From Candidatus Nanopelagicales bacterium (lineage in GTDB: Bacteria; Actinomycetota; Actinomycetes; S36-B12): a stretch of DNA of 64,000 nt. Made by a program: the position numbers and the translations under genes. The notes below the pieces were generated by a model. It saw only the letters and a list, made by a program, of their open reading frames with translations. It was not told the DNA's origin and ran no database searches. Shown piece by piece: positions 18,989 to 26,700 of the stretch; within the stretch, counting starts at the first letter, position 1; every line of letters starts with the position of its first letter. The stretch covers positions 2,471 through 66,470 of the forward strand of contig JBILLS010000003.1 in NCBI GenBank assembly GCA_044375955.1. Direction: 5' to 3'.

Positions 18989-19925
18989 GTCTGGCACGTC
19001 GCCAAGTATTCCCGCCGGCCCCCGCGTCGTCGTCGTCGGCAGCCTGAACGTCGATCTCGTCGTCGGGCTCGCGCGCATGCCCGCTCCGGGGGAGACCGTT
19101 TTCGGCGACACTCTGCAGCGCCATCCGGGCGGCAAGGGGTTGAACCAGGCGGTTGCCGCCGGACGCCTCGGGATTCCCGTGACGATGGTCGGCGCCGTGG
19201 GCGATGACGGATCCGGGGACTGGCTGCGGGCCGTGATGTCCGCGGAGGGAATCGATCAGTCCGGGATCAGCACCGTGCCGGGGACGTCGGGCACGGCACT
19301 GATCGAGGTCGATGCGACGGGCGCGAATCGCATCATCGTCATCTCCGGGGCCAACGATCGGGTCAGCGCGCAAGTGGTGGAGGAGTACCTCACCGCGTGC
19401 CCGGACCTCGGTGTCGTACTGACCCAGGGCGAGGTCCCGATGGAGGCGATCGCCGCGGCGATGCGCACGGGTCGTGCGCGCGGGGCGCAGACGATCCTGA
19501 ATCCGGCACCCGCGCGGGACTATCCGCGCGACCTCATGGGCGCGGTCGACTTCCTGGTGCCCAACGAACATGAAGCCGCCTTGATGACAGGCCTCGATGT
19601 CAGCACCACCGTCGATGCCGTGGAAGCGGCCGGAGAGATGACGCGGTGGGGAGCAGGGTGCGTGGTGATCACGCGCGGTGAGCGCGGTGCGGTGTGGTCC
19701 ACGGCGACGAACTCGGGACAGGTGCAGGCCTTCCGGGTGCACGCGGTCGACACGGTGGCCGCCGGTGATGCTTTCTGCGGCGGGTTGGGTGCCGCGCTCG
19801 TGCGCGGTGAGCCGCTCGCGGAGGCACTGCGCTGGGCATCGGCATGCGGCGCTCTCGCTGCAACGAAAGCGGGTGCCGTGCCGTCCCTGCCGACCCTCGA
19901 CGACGTGCAGGGGCTTCTGGCCTAG
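18987..19925 (+). CDS. rbsK: Ribokinase (PfkB family)
   Basis: VVVVGSLNVDLV N-terminus, NEHE and VDTVAAGDAFCGG anion-hole motifs. ATG at 18987 is the nearest start upstream of the conserved N-terminus; 18939 is the alternative. Confidence 0.85.
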   Translation: MSGTSPSIPAGPRVVVVGSLNVDLVVGLARMPAPGETVFGDTLQRHPGGKGLNQAVAAGRLGIPVTMVGAVGDDGSGDWLRAVMSAEGIDQSGISTVPGTSGTALIEVDATGANRIIVISGANDRVSAQVVEEYLTACPDLGVVLTQGEVPMEAIAAAMRTGRARGAQTILNPAPARDYPRDLMGAVDFLVPNEHEAALMTGLDVSTTVDAVEAAGEMTRWGAGCVVITRGERGAVWSTATNSGQVQAFRVHAVDTVAAGDAFCGGLGAALVRGEPLAEALRWASACGALAATKAGAVPSLPTLDDVQGLLA

Positions 19926-20815
19926 AGACCAGCTACCCGCTGCGCCGCGTTGCGCATCGACGGTGACTGTGGTCCGAGAACGAGCTGCATCCCTCCGAGC
20001 ATCGCCGCCACGACCGGCTTCATCACGCCGAGGGAGATCTGCGGTAGGTCGAGGAGTGTCCGGTAGTGCGCGGGCATGGTCGCGACGGCACCCGCGAAGA
20101 GAACGCTGTAGGGCGGACGCGCGGGAAGCGGCAGCAGTGGATTGCGGATGAAGTCGACGGTCCGCGTGGCCACGTCGCTGCCCGTGAGGACTGGGCGGTA
20201 CTCGTCGAGTTGAACCTGCAACTCGATGACGCTGCGCGGAGGGTTGTCGACGCCGACGAGCTCACCGGCGATCGCCCACTCCCGCACGTATGCGTCCTCA
20301 CCTCCCGGTATCGGCCCGCCCCACACCCGATGTGTGGCGAGGAACGAGTCGGTGAAGGCGATGTGCACCCAGCGCAGCAGATCCGGATCCGACGCGGAGT
20401 AGGGCTTGGGTCCGACGGGGGTCTCATAGGTGCCGGTGACTCGCCGGTGCATGCCACGTACACGAGCGCACTCGCGATCGGCCATCGCGCGGTCTCCGAA
20501 GGTGACCACGGTGAGCCACTGCGTGGTGCCAGCGAGACGGCCCAGCGCATCGTCCTCGTAGCGCGAGTGCTCGCTGACACCGGCGAGCGCACCGGGGTGC
20601 AGCGCCTGCATCAACAGTGCACGCACGCCTCCCACCAGAGTGGGCAGAGATCCGTGCACCGCCCAGGCGGCCGAACCAGGGCCGAAGTAGCCCTCGTCCT
20701 CTCCGTCGGCAAGCTGGGTGACCCAGTCAGGCATTCCGTCCGGGTCACCGGACACGATCCTGCGAAATCCCGATGCGAGGGACGCACGCACATTCCCCGG
20801 GGACAACGCGACCAT
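19922..20815 (-). CDS. MpaB/DUF2236 family oxygenase-like protein
   Basis: GPGSAAWAVHGSLPTLVGGVRALLMQALHP and RVRGMHRRV are typical of DUF2236. Confidence 0.7.
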   Translation of the reverse strand: MVALSPGNVRASLASGFRRIVSGDPDGMPDWVTQLADGEDEGYFGPGSAAWAVHGSLPTLVGGVRALLMQALHPGALAGVSEHSRYEDDALGRLAGTTQWLTVVTFGDRAMADRECARVRGMHRRVTGTYETPVGPKPYSASDPDLLRWVHIAFTDSFLATHRVWGGPIPGGEDAYVREWAIAGELVGVDNPPRSVIELQVQLDEYRPVLTGSDVATRTVDFIRNPLLPLPARPPYSVLFAGAVATMPAHYRTLLDLPQISLGVMKPVVAAMLGGMQLVLGPQSPSMRNAAQRVAGL

Positions 20816-20903
20816 GCCCCCACTGTGCCGGGACTGACGCCCAGGCGCATCCCGGCCCCCGATCGACAGCGTTGCTCGAACGCGGGCTCGAGGCGATCGA
20901 GGC

Positions 20904-21875
20904 TCAGGCCATCGGGTGATTCGCGTACCAGGCAGCCAGTTGCTCGAGTCCTTCGTCGATGCCTACTCGCGGCTGCCACTGGAGTGCCGTGCGTACTTCC
21001 CGCTGATCGAACCAGTGCGCAGTGCCCAGTTGCTCGGCGAGGAACGTGGTCATCGGAGGGTCTCCGGGTCGGCGCAGAAGTGACCACGCACCGGAAACCA
21101 CAGCACCAGCCGACCACGCCACGGGGAATGGCACCCGGCGGTGTGGCGGAGGAGCGCCCGCCGCACGAGCGATCCCGGCGAGCAGATCGGCAACCATGCG
21201 CGGTTGACCGTTGCTGACCACGAACACCCGCCCCCCCGGCCCGTGGGTGAGCGCAGCCACCAGGGAGTCAGCGGCATTGTCGATGTATGTGGTGTCGATG
21301 AGTGCGCAGCCATCATCAATCAACACGAGTCTGCCAGCCCGAGCACGCGCGACGATTCGCCCGACGAGTTGGGTATCGCCTGGTCCCCACACGAGGTGCG
21401 GGCGGATCACCACGACGGCGAGGTCGGTGCTGTCGGCGTCGAGGGCGAGCAGTTCGGCCTGCGCCTTAGTGCGGGAGTAGGCACTTCGTGCAGTGCTGGG
21501 ATCGGCAGGGCCCGCGGGGGCACCGACCAGCGGGTGACCCGAATGCGCCACCGAGGGCGAGGAGACGTGCACGAATTTCGAGACGCCAGCGCGTCTGGAC
21601 GCCTCGAGCAGGGTGGCCGTGCCGGTCACATTTATCTCTGCGTAATCGCGTGCGGGCCCGGTGATGCCCACCTTCGCTGCTAGGTGGACGACCGCATCGC
21701 ACCCGGCGAGTGCACGCCGAACGGCATCGGTATCGCGGATATCCGCGAGAACCTCCGTGCAGCCCAGACCTGACGGATGACGTTGCAGCACGGTCACCGC
21801 GTGACCGGACTCGATGAGCTTCTGCGCGGTAGTTCTGCCCAGGAGACTCGTGGCACCGGTAACGAGGATGCGCAT
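20904..21875 (-). CDS. oleD: OleD, NAD(P)H-dependent 2-alkyl-3-ketoalkanoate reductase (3-beta-HSD / epimerase family)
   Basis: MRILVTGATSLLG Rossmann start and a YSRTK catalytic motif. TAATG overlap with the upstream oleBC gene. Confidence 0.8.
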   Translation of the reverse strand: MRILVTGATSLLGRTTAQKLIESGHAVTVLQRHPSGLGCTEVLADIRDTDAVRRALAGCDAVVHLAAKVGITGPARDYAEINVTGTATLLEASRRAGVSKFVHVSSPSVAHSGHPLVGAPAGPADPSTARSAYSRTKAQAELLALDADSTDLAVVVIRPHLVWGPGDTQLVGRIVARARAGRLVLIDDGCALIDTTYIDNAADSLVAALTHGPGGRVFVVSNGQPRMVADLLAGIARAAGAPPPHRRVPFPVAWSAGAVVSGAWSLLRRPGDPPMTTFLAEQLGTAHWFDQREVRTALQWQPRVGIDEGLEQLAAWYANHPMA

Positions 21876-24298
21876 TAGCGGTGTCCCGCGAGAACTGACT
21901 CCGCCCACTGCGCAAGCGCCGCGCGATCGATCTTCGCCTGGTGGCGGACATCCACCGGGAATTCACTGCGTTGCACGACCGCCGCAACGTCTATTCCCAG
22001 CGCATCGCGCACGACCGCGCGCACGTCGGCACTCCGCTCGTAGCCTGCCCACACCCCGCGGCCCTCGGTGGGGATCACGATCACCACCACACACTGTGTG
22101 CCTGGCGGTCCCACCCCCACCGCTGCGCACCACCGCACCCAGGGCAACTGCTGCACCTGCTGCTCGATACCGACCGGCGCGATCGGTCCGTCGGGAGTCT
22201 CGATGACATGGCTGCGACGTCCGGACACCCACAACCGCCCACCTGCGTCGAGCCATCCGACATCACCCGTGCGGTGCCAATCCGGTGGTGACTCCGCGCT
22301 GATCCCCCACAACGCGTCATATCCATCACGCATGTGCGGCGCGGAGACCAGGATCTCCCCGAGATCACCTCCTGCGAGCGACTCCACGCGCACGCGGACC
22401 CCGGGTAATGGAGTACCCACAAGCACCCCGTCTCCCACACCCGCGCCGGCGATCTCGGATGCGGCCACATCGGTGACCGGGAGCGCCTCCGTCATGCCGT
22501 AGGGGGTGCGCACCTCGGCGTTCGGGACCAGCCGGGCAACCTGCTCCAGTAACCCGGGTGGCACAGGCGCGCCCGCGCACAACACCAGCCGGAGGGTGCG
22601 GAGGTCTTCGACGAGTCCCACTCGGTGCGCGGTGCGCACCACGCTCGTCAGCGCAGCGGGCGAGGCCCAGAGCACCGTGCCGCGGGCCGCTCGCACCGCG
22701 GCGGCAAGGGCGTCGGCACTCAGGCTCGCCGGTTTGGTGACATCCATATCGGGGATCACCGACGCCAACCCGAGGGCAGGGCCGAGGATCGCCCACGGTG
22801 CAAACGCGGCGACCAGCACATCGTCTGCGCCGAGGGAGTAGTGACTGCGCAGCAGTTCGCAGGTGCGCGACACCTGCGCGTGCCGGTACCGCACCCCCTT
22901 GGCCGGCCCGGTGGACCCGGAAGTGAAGACCACCGCAGCGAGGGAAGCGGGGTCGGGAGCGGGCAGGATCACATCTCCATTCACCGGCCCGCGAAGGTCC
23001 GCCGGCGACATCGTCGGCAACCCGATCGAGCGTGCAAGAGGACGGGCGCGAGGAATCGCGATCGCGAACGTGGCCGCCGCCGACTGCAGAGCGCGACGCA
23101 TTCCGCGGACACCGAGCCCACGGTCGGCGATGACCACGGTCGCGCCGATTCGCCAGCAGGCGTAGATCGCAGCGATCGCATCCGGGCCCGGGGGCACCAG
23201 GATCGCGACTCGCCCCTGCACCCCGCGTGCGCGCAGGTGCCCCGCCGCGACATCCACGCGCGCAGCGAGTTCGGACCAGGTCACCACCGAGGCTTCGGCT
23301 CCCCCTCGACCACCCATCGTCGTGAGTGCGGGTGCCTCGGGGCGGGTGCGCGCCGCGGACTCCAATCCGGCCCAGAGTTCGGGGACGTCACCGGCAGGAA
23401 TAACGGGAGAGTCCGCCGGTGGATCGAGGACCCGAGTGCGCACCCAGGTCAGCACATCGGTCACCACCCGTGGCTCGTCCTCGATCACGAGGTGGCTCGC
23501 GCGTGGATAACGGTGCACGTCGGCATGCGGGATCCGGCGCTCGAGGTCGCGGAGGTAGCGGTCGGAGAACACCGGGTCCCGTGCACCCCACGCAAGGAGA
23601 ACCGGGATGTCATCGAGTGTGGCGACTCCGGCCTGAATGGAGGCAAGTGCTTCCGCACTGGGGTGATCATCGGTCAGCGGAATGTCGGCGATGAAGTTGC
23701 CGATCGCCCGCCGTCGATCGCGACCGCCGCGGTAGGGGGCGAGGTACGCGTCGATCGTTGCCGGGTCCAAGGCGCGCCCGGCGCGCACTCGACTGAGTGC
23801 CAGCGTGCCGCGAAGGAAGGCGGTCGTGGACACGGTGAGTTCGCGCATCGCGTGGGCCAGGCGGATCACCGGCGGCGTATGGGTATCCCGATGCACGGCG
23901 GTGTTCAGGAGGACAACCCCCCGCACGTCGGCCGGGCCGTGCGCACGCTGGTGGAGTACCCAGCCCAGGCTGATCGGTCCTCCCCAGTCGTGGGCCACGG
24001 TCACCACCGGCCCGCCCAGATCGAGGGCGTCGGTGAGATCGACCAGGTCATCGATGCGGGTAGCAAGTCGACGCATCCCCGGAATGCGTTCCGACCATCC
24101 CATCTGCAGCTGGTCGACCGCGATCACCCGGATATCGGCCGGGCAGTTGGCGAGGAGGCTACGCCAGAGGTAGGACCAGGTGGGGTTGCCGTGCACGCAC
24201 AGCAAGGTGAGCCGCGGGTTCTCTGTCGCGGTGTCGAGGTAGTGCCATGTGCGACCCCGCGCATCAGTGATGGTCCGCGACCAGTGATCGATCACCAA
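21875..24298 (-). CDS. oleBC: OleB-OleC fusion: alpha/beta-hydrolase (beta-lactone decarboxylase) fused to AMP-dependent synthetase (beta-lactone synthetase)
   Basis: The N-terminal half has a haloalkane-dehalogenase-like VHGNPTWSYLW and VAHDWGGP. The C-terminal half has the adenylate-forming motifs FTSGSTGPAKG and YGMTE. A GTG at 24295 gives a GTGA overlap with the oleA stop. Confidence 0.85.
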   Translation of the reverse strand: MVIDHWSRTITDARGRTWHYLDTATENPRLTLLCVHGNPTWSYLWRSLLANCPADIRVIAVDQLQMGWSERIPGMRRLATRIDDLVDLTDALDLGGPVVTVAHDWGGPISLGWVLHQRAHGPADVRGVVLLNTAVHRDTHTPPVIRLAHAMRELTVSTTAFLRGTLALSRVRAGRALDPATIDAYLAPYRGGRDRRRAIGNFIADIPLTDDHPSAEALASIQAGVATLDDIPVLLAWGARDPVFSDRYLRDLERRIPHADVHRYPRASHLVIEDEPRVVTDVLTWVRTRVLDPPADSPVIPAGDVPELWAGLESAARTRPEAPALTTMGGRGGAEASVVTWSELAARVDVAAGHLRARGVQGRVAILVPPGPDAIAAIYACWRIGATVVIADRGLGVRGMRRALQSAAATFAIAIPRARPLARSIGLPTMSPADLRGPVNGDVILPAPDPASLAAVVFTSGSTGPAKGVRYRHAQVSRTCELLRSHYSLGADDVLVAAFAPWAILGPALGLASVIPDMDVTKPASLSADALAAAVRAARGTVLWASPAALTSVVRTAHRVGLVEDLRTLRLVLCAGAPVPPGLLEQVARLVPNAEVRTPYGMTEALPVTDVAASEIAGAGVGDGVLVGTPLPGVRVRVESLAGGDLGEILVSAPHMRDGYDALWGISAESPPDWHRTGDVGWLDAGGRLWVSGRRSHVIETPDGPIAPVGIEQQVQQLPWVRWCAAVGVGPPGTQCVVVIVIPTEGRGVWAGYERSADVRAVVRDALGIDVAAVVQRSEFPVDVRHQAKIDRAALAQWAESVLAGHR

Positions 24299-25314
24299 GC
24301 GATCTCGATAACCGCCGCGTTGAGACCCGAGCCGATACCCATGCAGGCCACGCGCTGCCCGCCCTCGAGCTCGGCGGCGACGCTCGCGAGCGTGAAGGGA
24401 ACCGACGCGGGTCCGATGTTGCCGCGAGTCGGGAATGTGAGGGGCACCCGTTCCGGGTCGATACCGATCGCTTCAGTGATCGCTTTGGTGTGCAGTTTCG
24501 ACACCTGGTGGATGACATAGCAATCGAGGTCCGACCAGTCGAAGTGATCGCGGGCATCCGCCCAGGTTTCGCGCGCGAGCGCGACACCTGCCTCGAGTAG
24601 ACCTCGGGCATCGGTCGACATTCCGTTGAGATCCCCGACGCAGAGGTGGGTGTGCTCAGTCGCCGCACGTGCTACACCGCCCACGAACCGGTGACCCTCC
24701 GGATGCTCGCTGGCCCGGCCAAGCACCATGGCAGCACCACCCGAGCCGAGAGTCAGTGTGGCGAAGTTCGCGAGAACGTCATCGCGGGTGGTGTCCGGCT
24801 GAAGGAGGCGCGCGATGGTGGCCTCATGAATGCCCCGACTGCCCTCGCCGTCGACAACGAGTGCGTAATCGATCTGACCCGCGTCGAGGAACGTGGCAGC
24901 GAGCTGCATCCCATTGATGAACCCCAGGCAGGCGTTCGAGAGATCGAAGTTCAGGCAGCCGGTGCCGAGCCCGAGCTGGGCGTGGACATCGACGGCTGCC
25001 GAGGGCTCGAGGCGATCCCGACAGACAGAGGTGTCGATCAAGAGTCCGATCTCCCCAGGATCGACACCGGCGTCGGCGATGGCCTTCGCCCCCGCCAGGC
25101 TCGCGGCATCGATGAAGGACACGTCCTCGGGCCACCAGCGGCGCTCGGACACGCCCGCCAGACGCTCGATCATCCCGGGTTGCATCCCAAGGCGCTCATA
25201 GGTCGGCATGAGCCGTTGGTCGATCTCGTCGGATGTGACGACGATGGGGGCATCCGCGGCGGCGACGGACAGGATGGCCGAGTCGCGGTACCGGAACGCC
25301 ATGGTCGACTGCAT
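24292..25314 (-). CDS. oleA: OleA, FabH-like thiolase for head-to-head fatty acyl-CoA condensation
   Basis: KAS-III fold with SNACLGF active-site Cys, a VCRDRLEPS segment, and C-terminal GNIGPASVP / GIGSGLN. First gene of the three-gene operon. Confidence 0.82.
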   Translation of the reverse strand: MQSTMAFRYRDSAILSVAAADAPIVVTSDEIDQRLMPTYERLGMQPGMIERLAGVSERRWWPEDVSFIDAASLAGAKAIADAGVDPGEIGLLIDTSVCRDRLEPSAAVDVHAQLGLGTGCLNFDLSNACLGFINGMQLAATFLDAGQIDYALVVDGEGSRGIHEATIARLLQPDTTRDDVLANFATLTLGSGGAAMVLGRASEHPEGHRFVGGVARAATEHTHLCVGDLNGMSTDARGLLEAGVALARETWADARDHFDWSDLDCYVIHQVSKLHTKAITEAIGIDPERVPLTFPTRGNIGPASVPFTLASVAAELEGGQRVACMGIGSGLNAAVIEIAW

Positions 25315-25334
25315 GGGAAACAGCCTGCCATGCC

Positions 25335-25370
25335 AACCGGCCCGCCCTGGAGGAGGTGGGCGGGCCGGTT
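25335..25370. terminator. Perfect 13-bp stem hairpin separating the htrA-like gene from the ole operon
   Basis: AACCGGCCCGCCC (25335-25347) and GGGCGGGCCGGTT (25358-25370) with a 10-nt loop. It sits 14 nt downstream of the stop at 25384 (minus strand). Confidence 0.55.
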
Positions 25371-25383
25371 GAGTCGTACGGGA

Positions 25384-26505
25384 TTACGCCTTCGAGGCGA
25401 CCAGCGTCACAGCGACGTCTTGGGTGCGTCCGTCGCGCAGCAGGGTGAGCGTCACGGTGTCACCGGGTGCGTTGTCGCGGATCGCGACGACCAACTCGGT
25501 GGAGTCCGCGAGGACCTTGCCGTCGATCGCCGTGATCACGTCACCGTCGAGGATCCCGGCCGTGTCCGCGGGTGAGCCCCCGGTGACTTCGGCCACGCGA
25601 GCACCCGGCCCGGTGTAGGCGGTGTCGAGTTGCACGCCGATGATCGGGGTCTGCGACGTGCCCGTGGTCATGATCTCGTTCGCGATGCGCTGCGCGGTAT
25701 CGATCGGGATCGCGAAGCCGAGACCGATGTTGCCGGCCTGACCCATCATCCCGAGCGTGGCGATCGCAGAGTTGATACCGATCACCTCACCGGCCGCATT
25801 GACCAGCGGACCACCGGAGTTCCCCGGGTTGATCGCCGCATCGGTCTGGATCGCGTTGATGAACGACGTGTCTCCCTGGCCGCCCGCGGTCACCGGGCGA
25901 TCCAGAGCACTCACGATGCCGGCGGTCACGGTGCCCTGCAGGCCCAGCGGGGAGCCGAGGGCAACGACGGTCTCGCCGACACGCAGTTGATCGGAGGAAC
26001 CGAGCGGCACTGCGGCGAGTCCCGTGCGGTCGACCTTGACGACGGCAACGTCGTAGCCCGGATTCGAACCGACGAGTGTGCCGGTGGCCTTCGATCCGTC
26101 GGCGAACATCACCTCGAGGGATCCGTTCTCGCCGGCGACTCCCGCCACGTGGTGGTTGGTCAGGATGTAGCCGTCATTGCTGAAGACGAATCCGGAGCCG
26201 TTGCCCTCACCATCGGATCCGGCGATGTTGATCTGGACGACGGCGGGCTGAACCGCCGCGGCGATATCGGCGATGGCCGAGGACACCGGCGCGGTCGTGT
26301 TCGCCGCGGCGGCCACGGGCGCGGCCACCGTGGTTTCGGCACTGGCCGATCGGTCGGCGATCAGGTAGCCCACTCCACCACCGAGCGTCCCGGCCACCAG
26401 GGCGATGCCTGCGACGCCAGCCATGAGCGGCCAGCGCGCGGGCTGTTTCGACTGCGGTGGGGTGAACGGGGGGATGGGGGTGCCCACGGTGTCGGGCAGG
26501 GTCAT
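25384..26505 (-). CDS. HtrA/DegP-like S1C serine protease with a PDZ domain, membrane anchored
   Basis: TNHHV, GNSGGPL and the PDZ-like C-terminus (GILDGDVITAIDG), with an N-terminal TM segment. Confidence 0.9.
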   Translation of the reverse strand: MTLPDTVGTPIPPFTPPQSKQPARWPLMAGVAGIALVAGTLGGGVGYLIADRSASAETTVAAPVAAAANTTAPVSSAIADIAAAVQPAVVQINIAGSDGEGNGSGFVFSNDGYILTNHHVAGVAGENGSLEVMFADGSKATGTLVGSNPGYDVAVVKVDRTGLAAVPLGSSDQLRVGETVVALGSPLGLQGTVTAGIVSALDRPVTAGGQGDTSFINAIQTDAAINPGNSGGPLVNAAGEVIGINSAIATLGMMGQAGNIGLGFAIPIDTAQRIANEIMTTGTSQTPIIGVQLDTAYTGPGARVAEVTGGSPADTAGILDGDVITAIDGKVLADSTELVVAIRDNAPGDTVTLTLLRDGRTQDVAVTLVASKA

Positions 26506-26700
26506 AGCTCCTCCTCTATATGCATGCGCGGTGATTCGCGCTCATGGTTTGGACTTCCGGACATCCGCCCCGGTTGCGCCTCCGGCACCGCCTTTGCACA
26601 CCCCTTACATTCCGGCCAGCCCTCGGTCACCTGTGCGGCTTCGACCGACCCCTGAGACCATGGCCCCCGGGATCCCGCCACCGATCCCCGGGACCTGGAG

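Noticed and set aside
18198-24520. Very long shadow ORFs: 18198-19742 minus (514 aa), 20066-21217 plus (383 aa), 22625-24520 plus (631 aa)
   Set aside because: They are Arg/Pro/Gly-dominated low-complexity translations. They lie antisense to the confidently identified FGGY kinase/ribokinase, MpaB/OleD and OleBC genes.
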